NCBI GenBank assembly: GCA_965277405.1
Contig: OZ255726.1
Coordinates: 192,001 to 256,000 of the forward strand
From: Gammaproteobacteria bacterium
GTDB taxonomy: Bacteria > Pseudomonadota > Gammaproteobacteria > G965277405
Reading direction: 5' to 3'
Length of the DNA stretch: 64,000 nt
Position 1 is the stretch's first letter, and each line of letters begins with the position of its first letter. Both the position numbers and the translations under genes were made by a program. Under the pieces are notes generated by a model that saw only the letters and a program-made list of their open reading frames with translations, was not told where the DNA came from and ran no database searches. Positions 42,027-53,246 of the stretch are shown here, one piece after another.

Positions 42027-42554
42027 CTTTTTGACATACAAATACAATATTGGGCAATCATTTTTCCAGTATCTAGTGAGGAAAAAACTATTTTTGCTAT
42101 TTATCTTGGCAGAGTTGTTGACACATTATTATCGCGTGCATTGCCGTGTTGCCTGCTTTTTAATCACTTCACGGAAATTCAAGCAATATCATGGCCGATT
42201 TAAAGAGAGCAATAGCGTCTGTAGACCAAGCAGGAGAGCAGTCCTCCTGCACAACACGTTGCCATGTTGTTATATAGCAAGGACTTGCAATAAATGCGGC
42301 GCTTCACCAGAGCTTTGCTAATACAGCAAGCTGGTGGTGATACTACAATCCTACTATTTAAATAGTGGCTATTTGTAAAAAAATATACTGCATATAACAA
42401 CTGTCGTATTGGTATACAGCTGTCGTTGTATGTATTCATTTATGATTGTTTCTTGCAAACAAAACTTAACAAAAAACTCTCATAATTCATGCTACTGATG
42501 CAATCATTACCCACACCAATAATTTCTACATAGTTGTTGTAGCCATGTTATTTA

Positions 42555-42588
42555 GAAAACTCTGATTAAGGCGCTGATGCAGCTAGTC
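42555..42588 (-). mobile_element. Short MITE terminal remnant
   Basis: GAAAACTCTGATTAAGGCGCTGATGCAGCTAGT resembles MITE end GGAAGCTCTGATTAAGTCGCTGATGGAGCGAGT. Confidence 0.6.
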
Positions 42589-42722
42589 AGCAGATGTTCT
42601 ATAAATATTCGCCTACAAATTCATCAATTTCGTGTAATGTGCGTCCAGTAAATACCATCGGCACTATAATCAAGGTATCGCTACCATTACTTCGCAACAC
42701 ACAATCTACATAACCAAATATT

Positions 42723-43943
42723 ATGGCTGACACAACATCAGGGAACACACCAAAAAAACCTAGCAACACCCAGCAAACAACAACTACCTCTCCATCGTCA
42801 ACATCACAGCCAGTAGCTGCAAATTCATTAGACGCTGGCAAACCTAAGGCAACAACTAAAGTAACGAAAACGCGGCAAACCAGGGCACAGCCAGTAAAGC
42901 CTGCAACAGATACCGCAGCAACGCATAGCTATAGTGATAAAGCCAGTGCATCATTTGGTCAATCATCATCAGTAGCTGAAAATCTGAGCACCAGTAAGGA
43001 CGAGGTATACGCCACTGTCATGCGCGAAATGATTGCCGAGCAACGCGCACGTCGCCGCTGGGGGCTGGCGTTTAAGTCTGTTACAGTATTGTTGTTTGTC
43101 GGTTTCATTTACGCTATTGCCAGTATAGATGTTCCAGATGCACTCGGTTTCAGTAGTCATCAATCATGGTCTGCTCTTGGCGACCAGCCGTTTATTGCGG
43201 CTGTTGAAGTCAAGGGTGTTATCGATGAGCAGCGGCAAGCCAATGCCAAAGATCTTATTGATAATGTACGCGCAGCTTTTGCGGATCAAAACTCAAAAGG
43301 TGTGTTGCTGGATATCAATAGCCCAGGCGGCTCGCCAGTACAAGCAAGCCAAGTCTACAATGCGCTCCGCGAAATCCGCAAACAACATCCCAACAAACCG
43401 TTGTACGCAGTTATCAGCGACGTTGGGGCTTCTGGCGCGTATTACATTGCCGCTGCAGCAGATAAAATCTATGCCAGCCGTAGCAGTATTGTTGGTTCAA
43501 TTGGAGTCATCGCCAGTGGCTTTGGTTTTGATAAGCTAATAGCAGACTTTGGTATCCAGCGCCGCATATATACAGCTGGAAATAACAAAATGTTTACTGA
43601 TTCGTTTCTGCCTGAATCGATGGAGAATGTCGCCTATTTGCAATCAATGCTCGACGATATTCATCAAGTCTTCATACAGTCTGTGCTTGCTACCAGACAA
43701 GAAAAAATTAAAAATCAAGAAACTGTGTTTTCAGGGCTGCCGTTTTCTGGAGTGCGTGGTATGCAGCTTGGCTTGATAGATGGCTATGGCTCAATGGAGG
43801 AAGTGGCACAGCAACAATTTGGCATCGACAACATCGTGTATTTCCAACAAGACACAAGCAACTTTGAACACATTCTAAATTATATTGGTGAGGCAAGTTA
43901 TCGTGCGATTTCCAACGCCATCTCACAACCAGTTATCCGCTAA
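42723..43943 (+). CDS. sppA: S49 signal peptide peptidase SppA with S/T/Q-rich N-terminal extension
   Basis: INSPGGSP, GASGAYYIA, VGSIGV. Confidence 0.88.
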   Translation: MADTTSGNTPKKPSNTQQTTTTSPSSTSQPVAANSLDAGKPKATTKVTKTRQTRAQPVKPATDTAATHSYSDKASASFGQSSSVAENLSTSKDEVYATVMREMIAEQRARRRWGLAFKSVTVLLFVGFIYAIASIDVPDALGFSSHQSWSALGDQPFIAAVEVKGVIDEQRQANAKDLIDNVRAAFADQNSKGVLLDINSPGGSPVQASQVYNALREIRKQHPNKPLYAVISDVGASGAYYIAAAADKIYASRSSIVGSIGVIASGFGFDKLIADFGIQRRIYTAGNNKMFTDSFLPESMENVAYLQSMLDDIHQVFIQSVLATRQEKIKNQETVFSGLPFSGVRGMQLGLIDGYGSMEEVAQQQFGIDNIVYFQQDTSNFEHILNYIGEASYRAISNAISQPVIR

Positions 43944-44011
43944 TAACGATTACCCCTCGGCGCATTCAACCCATGCTAGTAGAACATCAATAACCAATTG
44001 CCTAAAGCTGT

Positions 44012-44719
44012 ATGGCAAACTATCAGATTGCGGCACTGTGCACCGACACCACCACAAATGAGCAGCTTCATCAGGCTGTCATAGCTGGGGTGCGCTACGG
44101 CGAACTTCGAATTGACCTTTGCCAAAATGTAAGCATCGATTTGCTGCAAACGCAAATACAGCGGCTGCAGAGCTGCGGACTCCAGGTCATCGCAACCACA
44201 CGCACAACTGGAGATGGTGGCCGCTTTACTGTCGCTGATAATTTGGAGCATTATTGTGCAATCATTCGATCAAGTGGCAGAACAGCAGAGCTTGTCGATA
44301 TTGAATACAATGTGTTTACCAAAAACCAAACTGGGTTACGACAACTCATCAGTGCAGTAGCCGGTGATACAACGCAATGTATTATTTCCTACCATGACTT
44401 CACCCAAACGCCTAAGCTTGCAGCATTACGAGCGATTTGTGCGCAAGCATGCGCCGCTGGCGCTGACATTATTAAAATTGCCACAATGCCGCACTGTCAA
44501 GCAGATTTAATTACCCTCACCACGCTGCTAATCCAAGCACAGCAGCCAATCATTGTGATTGCTTTGGGTAATCTTGGTAAATTCACCAGGGTAACCTTCC
44601 CGTTATTAGGTTCGCAAATCACCTTTGGCTACATTGACCAGCAATACCAAGTGTCTGGGCAGTTTTCAGCCAAACAACTGGTGAAATATTTGCATGATTT
44701 TTCTTCTACCGAACAGTAA
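44012..44719 (+). CDS. aroD: Type I 3-dehydroquinate dehydratase
   Basis: ELRID, DGGRF, VDIE, ISYHDF, DIIKIA, GQF. Confidence 0.85.
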   Translation: MANYQIAALCTDTTTNEQLHQAVIAGVRYGELRIDLCQNVSIDLLQTQIQRLQSCGLQVIATTRTTGDGGRFTVADNLEHYCAIIRSSGRTAELVDIEYNVFTKNQTGLRQLISAVAGDTTQCIISYHDFTQTPKLAALRAICAQACAAGADIIKIATMPHCQADLITLTTLLIQAQQPIIVIALGNLGKFTRVTFPLLGSQITFGYIDQQYQVSGQFSAKQLVKYLHDFSSTEQ

Positions 44720-44866
44720 AAATACCATGATTGCCGAGGTTCTATGTTTTATGGGCTGCGTAGTTGCTTTAAATGATAAAATATAACTCAATTTATTTGA
44801 AAACAGTGTTTATGAATGGTTTTAAACAGACTAAAGAATTATTACATTATAAGCTACGTTTAAGAC

Positions 44867-45874
<1,008 letters not shown>

Positions 45875-45895
45875 CTATATTCAGATTATTACTAG

Positions 45896-46468
45896 TTACT
45901 TCTTGTCGCTTGGCAAAAATTCACCAACATCATTTTTCCTTGCAGATAAATCTGTTTGGTATTTCACTAATTTGGCACCGTCTGTGCGTGCTAACACAAT
46001 ACGGTCGTTAAAAATCCGATCAATGTAAATAGTATCAGACACATAGTCGCCTTCATAATACAGTTCTAATTCATTGCCTGTATGCTTGAGATAGGCAATT
46101 TTCAAGCCATCTTGAGAAAGCATACTGCCGTGAAATTCAGCGTTAAACTTAAAAGTTGGCTGCTGCTGCCTAGCAGCTGTTGTAGAAGTAGATGTAGATG
46201 AATCTATAGAGCTCAAATTATAAGCTCGCTCAGTGTTGTTGGTGGAGTATTGTTGGAAGGCGACTGTTTCGATATGTGAACCTGGCGCTGTAGTAATTTG
46301 CAATGGTGCAACTGAGTTGATATCCTCCCGTCCTGCATTTCTACCAATAGATATAAATTGGTAGACCACCACAGCTGTTGCCAGAACTGATGCAAATGAA
46401 AGAAACAAGGTAAAGTGTTTGCCTGTTGACTGGACTGCCATCATGATTGAGGGGTAAGATTGATTCAT
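45896..46468 (-). CDS. Probable type II secretion protein GspC-like
   Basis: N-terminal TM; YYEGDYV...IDRIFNDRIVL resembles GspC HR domain; end of gsp operon. Confidence 0.55.
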   Translation of the reverse strand: MNQSYPSIMMAVQSTGKHFTLFLSFASVLATAVVVYQFISIGRNAGREDINSVAPLQITTAPGSHIETVAFQQYSTNNTERAYNLSSIDSSTSTSTTAARQQQPTFKFNAEFHGSMLSQDGLKIAYLKHTGNELELYYEGDYVSDTIYIDRIFNDRIVLARTDGAKLVKYQTDLSARKNDVGEFLPSDKK

Positions 46469-46537
46469 AACACCCGTATATTATTTACTTTTGTTTGCAC
46501 TAGGGCTTCTTTAATATTTTCGTAGTATACATTTTTT

Positions 46538-47296
46538 TTAAAAAATTTGTAAATTTTGCTGCAATAAAAACCTGTTTGAATTAGCTGTATCTTGTCGCGA
46601 AAAAATTTTAAGTATATCTGCTATTTCTTTTTTCTGGGTTTCAAATATTATCAGCATGCTCGCCATCCCTGCTGCATCAATTTGACCTCCCCCACTGATT
46701 ACTAAATTATCACTCTGATTACTAATATCAAAATGCAATTCCTCATCGACTTCGTTCAAATTCACGGTAACAGCGCCTATGTCTTTGATGCCCATTATCT
46801 CTATTGGCGTTGTCTTAATAACGCCATCCCAGTAAGTAATACGCCTGCTGTTCATATCAAAAAACAAAGCGTCTAACGTGGCAGAAATTGTTGCTTCAGA
46901 TATATTAATAAACGAAAACTCTGATGCGAATGAAAGAATACGACTCGCCGAAGCTTCTGCTTGTATTTGAAATAACTGTATTGTGCCACTGCCAACAAAT
47001 GGATTTACCACAAGCCGTACCGGCACTCCTTGATACGATGTTAGCAAACAAATCCCTAACCACTGCCGCCAAGATATAGGGCATATCTTCCATTGAACGA
47101 TGGAGTTATCAAAAACAGGGGTATAGGTAACGCTCGCCCTACCGTTGGCAATACTACCTGACACATTGTGTATTGGTAATTCACTGTTAATATTTTGCTC
47201 AACGACACTCAATGCTAATGATGCAGGCATTTGCCAGATAAGAAAAACAGCAGTGCCTAACAGAAATAACACAACAAACAGCACTATGCGAATCAT
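46538..47296 (-). CDS. Type II secretion protein GspN-like
   Basis: WQMPASL, VSGSIANGRA, W motif; position after gspM. Confidence 0.7.
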   Translation of the reverse strand: MIRIVLFVVLFLLGTAVFLIWQMPASLALSVVEQNINSELPIHNVSGSIANGRASVTYTPVFDNSIVQWKICPISWRQWLGICLLTSYQGVPVRLVVNPFVGSGTIQLFQIQAEASASRILSFASEFSFINISEATISATLDALFFDMNSRRITYWDGVIKTTPIEIMGIKDIGAVTVNLNEVDEELHFDISNQSDNLVISGGGQIDAAGMASMLIIFETQKKEIADILKIFSRQDTANSNRFLLQQNLQIF

Positions 47297-47763
47297 CGTT
47301 GTAGTTGCGCAGAAAAGCGCATATTGCGCTTGTCACGTTGCAGTGAAAATGACATTACATTCCCGCCTTTTTGAGTAAAGTCACTCAGCATTCTTGAGAA
47401 CTGTTCCGCTTTGGTTGTTTGACCTGAAATAATTATAAAGCCACCATCTTGTACTGCTAGCGTTGCTTGAATTGTATATTGTTGTAACAACTGTTGCAAC
47501 TCTGCTGCAAAATCATCTGCGCCTGCAGCAAATACCCCTGCACCTGCAATCTTCATTTTTTGGATTTCTGTAACTATGCGTTTCAGGGTCTCTATTTGCA
47601 GCAGTTTAAGGTTATAATCCTGGTTAAAATTATTCACATCGTTGCTAATTTTTTGTCCTCCAAGATACAATGCAGCTGCAAACACAACAGTCACAATTGT
47701 TATTATTGACAAGTGCTCGCGATCTGAAAGTTTATTTACCAAAACTGAAAGGCTAGCAATCAT
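47293..47763 (-). CDS. Type II secretion protein GspM-like
   Basis: LSDRE before a single TM; between gspL and gspN. Confidence 0.65.
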   Translation of the reverse strand: MIASLSVLVNKLSDREHLSIITIVTVVFAAALYLGGQKISNDVNNFNQDYNLKLLQIETLKRIVTEIQKMKIAGAGVFAAGADDFAAELQQLLQQYTIQATLAVQDGGFIIISGQTTKAEQFSRMLSDFTQKGGNVMSFSLQRDKRNMRFSAQLQR

Positions 47764-47833
47764 GTGAATGCTCCATGAAAAAAAAACTGAGGACATGCAT
47801 GTGTCGCAACATCTGGGTGTATAGCAACATTAT

Positions 47834-48141
47834 GGAGTCTCTGATTAACTCGCTGATGGCGCGAGTTTGCTTGCAATTGCTGATGATTGCAAGGCGCAAA
47901 CCTCGCGCAAACCGCAGCGCGCATGCCGTAGCATATACGCCAATCGATGCAACACAACAAGCGTCAGTAATTGCCGCAAACCATAAGTATATTGACAAAG
48001 GACGGGCAAAAACGCTGCGCTAACGTCGTTGCAGCACTTGGTAATACCCGCAAGACCCACCAGTGTTAGCTGCGCACTGCGTCTAGTTATCATCAGCGTT
48101 TTTGCTCCGTCTCGCCCATCATGGAATGAATCAAAGCTTCC
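47834..48141 (-). mobile_element. IS5-type MITE inserted at the gspL stop codon inside the T2SS operon
   Basis: GGAGTCTCTGATTAACTC...GGAATGAATCAAAGCTTCC; flanks TTAT/TTAG. Confidence 0.9.
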
Positions 48142-49278
48142 TTAGGTGTTACCACCAATGCTGCTGTGTATTTTATACCGATAACGCTTACCACCGCTAA
48201 CCACATCAACACTCGTCTTACTGTTGCTGAGCAAATTTGGGATGCTGGCAAGATTCGCATCAAGTTGATCTAGTTTTTGATAACTGTAAAACTCTACCGT
48301 CAATGCACTTCCTTGAGAAACTACCGAAGTGAACACGCAATGGCCGCAACTTGCCAGCAATGGAGAGAGTAATTCAAGTACGCGCCACGCGGACGTATTC
48401 CGCTGTCGAGCATCAATAACCAGCGTATTATAGTATGCGGTTAAAAAATCCACTGGCCTAGATAATTGTATCTGATTATTTGGCAATGCCGCTTGTGTGA
48501 GCGCAGCCAACTGAGCAGTCGCTTGTATTAATTGTCTATCCTGCTCTTGTAATGTATAAAAATGATTGGTAGCGATTAACACCACAATGCACAGTGCAAC
48601 AACTGCCGCAGGCAGACCAGCGCTAATAACTTTTGCAAGCTGGGTCTGCACTTGATATGAACCTTGCAGCAGGTTAATAAATGCAGCCGGCAACTCGTTT
48701 GTCTCCCAAAAATACTCTGGGCCGCAGCAGTCTTCTATTACATAGTCCTGCCAGTTTTTGGGGACTTTCGTTAACGGTGTTACATACAACACCATGCCCC
48801 AATCTTGACTAAGAAACCGATTATTCAACAATTCCCAAAGCCAACTAGTATTCCCTGCAATCCCATGATATTCGCCATAGCGCAACACAAAGCGCTCACC
48901 TTCAAGAAACACTGTGACCGTTCCATCAACCAACGGCAATGCAAAAAAATCGGGCACACACCATTTGGCGACCGCACCTGCTTCGGCTAACATCCGCATC
49001 CAATAATCGAGTTTGACCTTATCTATGGCAATAACAGGCAGCGGTGTCTCTTTGTCAGTTTTTGTATAGGCAAAATGAAGATCATCAATCTCAGTCAACA
49101 ACTGCTCCTCCAATGCAAACGGCAGTGCTTGTTTAATGACTTGGTCACGCCGCGAAGGAATGTTAGCCTCACTGACAACCATATACTCGCTCGGCAGCCA
49201 GCACCACAGCGCATCGCCAAACTCGCTAGTATTAAAATACTCTATGGTGTTTGTATGGGTAATACGAATACTTTCCAT
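48142..49278 (-). CDS. gspL: Type II secretion protein GspL
   Basis: ALPFALEEQL...DDLHFA, PDFFALP, INLLQGSY. Confidence 0.85.
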   Translation of the reverse strand: MESIRITHTNTIEYFNTSEFGDALWCWLPSEYMVVSEANIPSRRDQVIKQALPFALEEQLLTEIDDLHFAYTKTDKETPLPVIAIDKVKLDYWMRMLAEAGAVAKWCVPDFFALPLVDGTVTVFLEGERFVLRYGEYHGIAGNTSWLWELLNNRFLSQDWGMVLYVTPLTKVPKNWQDYVIEDCCGPEYFWETNELPAAFINLLQGSYQVQTQLAKVISAGLPAAVVALCIVVLIATNHFYTLQEQDRQLIQATAQLAALTQAALPNNQIQLSRPVDFLTAYYNTLVIDARQRNTSAWRVLELLSPLLASCGHCVFTSVVSQGSALTVEFYSYQKLDQLDANLASIPNLLSNSKTSVDVVSGGKRYRYKIHSSIGGNT

Positions 49279-49280
49279 TG

Positions 49281-50351
49281 TTAGGCTGGGATAATTCTTC
49301 GAGAAATAACATTGGTAACGCCATCTTCAAGGCGCTGCAATGTTGAATATGCGGTGTATTCTATCTCGCCAAATTTTACGTGCGAACGCATCATAAAAAA
49401 ATAACTCCTTACAGAAACATATTTGCTGTCAATAAGCGTTTTCCAGGAGACCGCAATAGCTTTTGTAGTGTCTGCTGGATCAGGTCTAGTTACAGGTTTT
49501 ACAGAATCAATAAATTGAAAAAAGGCATCTAATGAAACAAATGGTGTCTGCACTCGCTGCGCATCAATGCTATTGACAACATCCTTAGAGTATTCTTTTT
49601 TATCACTAAGCATTGCCAGTACTTTTATATCAGCAGTATTTACATTGATTGGAATATCCGCTATTGGAATTGCCGATAGATAATCTAATACTGGCGGCCT
49701 TGCTTCTTCTAACAATATTTCATCAAATCCTTGGATTAAGTTAAGTTCATCAAGTGAAGCAATCAATGTGTTCGGCGGCACATAGTTAATACTTCCTTGC
49801 CTAGGGTTTGTATATGCCTCATCTTCGCCGCCAGCAAGTCGGGCTACGGCGTCATTATCCAACCAGTCGCTGAGCGAATCTACCATGATAACTGCCTGCC
49901 TTTCTTCAATACCATCTTCGCCACTTAACAACTCCAAAAATTTAGTATGCCACCTGCTGTTTAAATTGACATCTTGCTGTCCTGCATTGAGCTCCTCTTC
50001 TGTTGGGATACGCCGCAAATTATTGAGATTAAACCGACCACCAAGGTCGATGATTTCTGCAGATAACTGTCCCCCGTCATACACCTCGTCAACCTTATTT
50101 GTCCACAGTTCAGTGTCGCTATAAAAGTCTGCCTCACTCATTGCCGCATCTTGTTCAAGCACTGACTTAGCATACGATTCAAGCGCATACACATACATCA
50201 GTGCGCGCTCATTATTTACAATGATTTGCGCACGCCGAATATCAATATACAACTGCGAAACAACCTCTGTAGTAATAGCAACAATCAACGCGATTAACCC
50301 CAACACAGTAATGATCGCCACTCCTTGCTGGCGAGCAGGGAAATACATCAT
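49281..50351 (-). CDS. gspK: T2SS minor pseudopilin GspK
   Basis: QQGVAII, DLGGRFNLNNL, DWLD, INVNTA. Confidence 0.9.
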   Translation of the reverse strand: MMYFPARQQGVAIITVLGLIALIVAITTEVVSQLYIDIRRAQIIVNNERALMYVYALESYAKSVLEQDAAMSEADFYSDTELWTNKVDEVYDGGQLSAEIIDLGGRFNLNNLRRIPTEEELNAGQQDVNLNSRWHTKFLELLSGEDGIEERQAVIMVDSLSDWLDNDAVARLAGGEDEAYTNPRQGSINYVPPNTLIASLDELNLIQGFDEILLEEARPPVLDYLSAIPIADIPINVNTADIKVLAMLSDKKEYSKDVVNSIDAQRVQTPFVSLDAFFQFIDSVKPVTRPDPADTTKAIAVSWKTLIDSKYVSVRSYFFMMRSHVKFGEIEYTAYSTLQRLEDGVTNVISRRIIPA

Positions 50352-51019
50352 TGTGTTCCTTCTGGTTGTAGCGTATTTCTTGCTAACGGCTGCAGCGGCG
50401 ATACTGCATAAATTTTTCGTTCTATCTTGCCAATTCCTTTAATATTCAACTCCCATAGCACACCATAAGGTAATTTGTTACCAGTAAAAGTTGGTTGTTG
50501 CGATTGTTCCAAATTATCACTGGAGATATCTTTTGCAGCTACTCCAAACGGCTTAACGCTAGCTGCAATAACGTTGTTGAGAATTGCCACTTCCACAACT
50601 TTAGCACCACGAATATTATCAGCCGCAGGCCATGTATAGCGATACAGTGTTTTCTTCGACAAACTATAGCCGACACGCTGGTAAGGAAAACTCAACCCTA
50701 GCCCCAGATCAGCAACACCAAATCGAGTAAATTCGACCAAACTACCACCGCCTAATTTGAATGCAGCGACTGACTGACCAAAAGTATTGCGCACCATACG
50801 TGGGGCTAATTGGCTAAAATCATTCGTCAACACAGTTAGCGCCGTATACAGCTCCATTTGTTTGCTATACACATCGGCTGTTGTAGTTTTCACCGCTAAT
50901 GCTTGTTGTACCCCAATGTTGGCGGCAACAGCAATCACCATGAAAATAGCAGTTGCCACCAGCACTTCAACCAGGGTAAATCCTTGGTTATTTGAATGTT
51001 GCGCTACATGAGCGACCAT
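50348..51019 (-). CDS. gspJ: T2SS minor pseudopilin GspJ
   Basis: Prepilin site QGFTLVEVLVA, DFSQLAPR, QRVGY. Confidence 0.88.
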   Translation of the reverse strand: MVAHVAQHSNNQGFTLVEVLVATAIFMVIAVAANIGVQQALAVKTTTADVYSKQMELYTALTVLTNDFSQLAPRMVRNTFGQSVAAFKLGGGSLVEFTRFGVADLGLGLSFPYQRVGYSLSKKTLYRYTWPAADNIRGAKVVEVAILNNVIAASVKPFGVAAKDISSDNLEQSQQPTFTGNKLPYGVLWELNIKGIGKIERKIYAVSPLQPLARNTLQPEGTQ

Positions 51020-51318
51020 ACATTGAATAGCTAATTGTGCAGTGAGTGTTAGCAGCGACGCAGGAATATTGTTATAATAGAGGAAGTGAATGCGCCATGT
51101 ATTGTAACAACAGCCCTAGTTGATGGAAGGAACTTCAACCAATTTTTACTGTGAACCGTCGCCCATTAAATAAGTATAAACGGCGCTTAATGAGCAATAT
51201 TGTGGGAAATGAATAATCAACACAATGTCAAAACAAATGCGCTCAACATAAACCCCACCAGAGGTTTTTTAGCTTTTGCTACAATCAATTTATTGCAGAT
51301 AACAACTAAATTACGTAG

Positions 51319-51769
51319 GGAAGCTCTGATTAAGTCGCTGATGGAGCGAGTTTGCCTGCAATTGCTGATGATTGCAAGGCTCGGAAGCGCATGCCATAGC
51401 ATATACGCCAAGAGATGCAACACAGCAAGCGTAAGCAATTGCCGCAAACCCAAAGTATAGTTCAATTGAGGGACGGAAAAAAAACGGTGCTAACCGCTAA
51501 GCGCATGCTGTAGCATATACGCCAAGGGATGCAACACAGCAAGTACCGCTACCATCAAACCGTTGTATATTCAACAGAAGGACGGGAAAAAACGCTGCGC
51601 TAACGTCGTTGCAGCACTTAATAATACCACCAGTATTATCTGCGCACTGCGTCTAGTTATCATCAGCGTTTTTTCTCCGTCTCGCCCATCATGGACTTAA
51701 TCAGAGGTTCCCTAAGTTGCATCAGCGTTGTTCTCCGTCGCGCCCATCATGGAATTAATCAGAACTTCC
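51319..51769 (-). mobile_element. Composite/nested MITE copies; the outermost fragment forms the 3' end of rpsT
   Basis: One right-type end at 51319, duplicated internal segment, two left-type ends at 51711 and 51769. Confidence 0.88.
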
Positions 51770-52035
51770 TTACTTGCTAGCGCCTTAATCTTACCGTTTA
51801 AACGTGATTTATGCCGAGCAACTTTTTTCGCACTGAAAATACCCTTCGTCGCCAATTTATCCAGCGCAACTTGCATGCTTTTGAAGAAATTGCTCGCCAA
51901 TTCATAGTCATTCTTTGCAATCGCATGAATGACTTTTTTAATATGTGTCCGCCCGTCCGTGCGTAATCTTTGATTGTTCAGCCGATTCCGCTCTTGGGTT
52001 CGGATTCGTTTGCGTGAGCCTGCACTATTCGCCAT
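51712..52035 (-). CDS. rpsT: 30S ribosomal protein S20 with MITE-derived C-terminal extension
   Basis: MANSAGSRKRIR...KVARHKSRL; last 19 aa read from MITE sequence. Confidence 0.93.
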   Translation of the reverse strand: MANSAGSRKRIRTQERNRLNNQRLRTDGRTHIKKVIHAIAKNDYELASNFFKSMQVALDKLATKGIFSAKKVARHKSRLNGKIKALASKEVLINSMMGATENNADAT

Positions 52036-52579
52036 CTTCTTCTACCTCAGTTTGCTGTTCATCTATATCAATTTGTTCACTAACCAACTCTGCTGCCACG
52101 CTCTCTTCTGTAGCAGCAACAAGATTAGGAAAATTCTCTGAAGTAACCGAAATAGCAACATGCATTTCTACCTCACCATTTAGACGCAAGACAACTCTAT
52201 GCATGCCAATCTGGCGAATCGGACCATCATCAAACACCGCCTCATGGCGGTCAACATCCACTCCTGCGCTGGTAATAATTTCAGCAATTTCTCGCGCACC
52301 AATTGAACCAAACAACTTGCCTTCTTCAGTCGTTTTCACAGTTGCGGCGAGTGTCAGTTTGCCAATTTTTTCTGCGCGTGTTGCCGTCAGCGCTTGGCGT
52401 GCCAGCATTTTTTGTTCAAGCTCACTGCGCCGGAGCTCAAAAACATCACGATTGCCCTTAGTTGCAGGCAACGCCCTGCCTTTTGGTATCAAATAATTAC
52501 GACCGTATCCTGCTTTTACAGATATTACATCGCCGAGCTCACCTAAATTCATCACGTCTTCTAATAAGATAACTTGCAC
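52025..52579 (-). CDS. rplI: 50S ribosomal protein L9 with acidic tail
   Basis: MQVILLE, GYGRNYLIP, GKLFGSI. Confidence 0.96.
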   Translation of the reverse strand: MQVILLEDVMNLGELGDVISVKAGYGRNYLIPKGRALPATKGNRDVFELRRSELEQKMLARQALTATRAEKIGKLTLAATVKTTEEGKLFGSIGAREIAEIITSAGVDVDRHEAVFDDGPIRQIGMHRVVLRLNGEVEMHVAISVTSENFPNLVAATEESVAAELVSEQIDIDEQQTEVEEDGE

Positions 52580-52587
52580 GATACCAC

Positions 52588-52833
52588 CTATTTTTTATGT
52601 TGATCGCAATATGGCAAAATCGCCATATACCGAGCGCGGCGGATTGCTGTAGCAACCTGACGCTGATAATTCGCATTCGTGCCAGTAATCCTACTTGGGA
52701 TAATTTTACCAGTTTCAGTTACCAACTCTTTCATCGCAACTAAATCTTTATAATCAACAAACTCAGTTCTAGCACGCGTAAAACGGCAATAATTCTGCTT
52801 GCGGAAAAAGCGTGAATATCTTCTTGTAATCAT
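52588..52833 (-). CDS. rpsR: 30S ribosomal protein S18
   Basis: [24 protein letters not shown]. Confidence 0.96.
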   Translation of the reverse strand: MITRRYSRFFRKQNYCRFTRARTEFVDYKDLVAMKELVTETGKIIPSRITGTNANYQRQVATAIRRARYMAILPYCDQHKK

Positions 52834-53246
52834 GACGCGTCCTCCGTAGTCGTTGTATCAGCGGCTGCAGCTGCAACAGTACCAGCTTGTTGCGCCAGTA
52901 CTTCTTCCAATCTGCCGTCCTCAGTCAAAACTTCTTTATAAATTGGCGACATTTCAGTACGTGCCACTTTTTCTCTAAATAACAAAAAACGCAGAATCGC
53001 ATCATTAAAACGGAAGTTTTCTTGAATTTTCTCAATAACTACCTTGGTACACTCAATATTCATCAACACATAATGCGCCTTATGCACTTTATTAATTGAG
53101 AATGTTAACTGGCGCCGTCCCCAGTTTTCTTGGCGATGAATGGTTCCTTGTTCTTCCTCAACCATCGTGCGAAAGCGGTCGATCATCGACGCCACTTGAT
53201 CACTTTGATCAGGATGAACCATAAACAAAATTTCATAATGGAACAT
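52830..53246 (-). CDS. rpsF: 30S ribosomal protein S6
   Basis: [28 protein letters not shown]; start at 53246 after AGAGGA. Confidence 0.96.
   Translation of the reverse strand: MFHYEILFMVHPDQSDQVASMIDRFRTMVEEEQGTIHRQENWGRRQLTFSINKVHKAHYVLMNIECTKVVIEKIQENFRFNDAILRFLLFREKVARTEMSPIYKEVLTEDGRLEEVLAQQAGTVAAAAADTTTTEDAS

Noticed and set aside
41935-42439. ORFs of 128 and 79 aa in the qor-sppA gap
   Set aside because: No recognisable motifs; they overlap the DnaA-box cluster and are likely spurious
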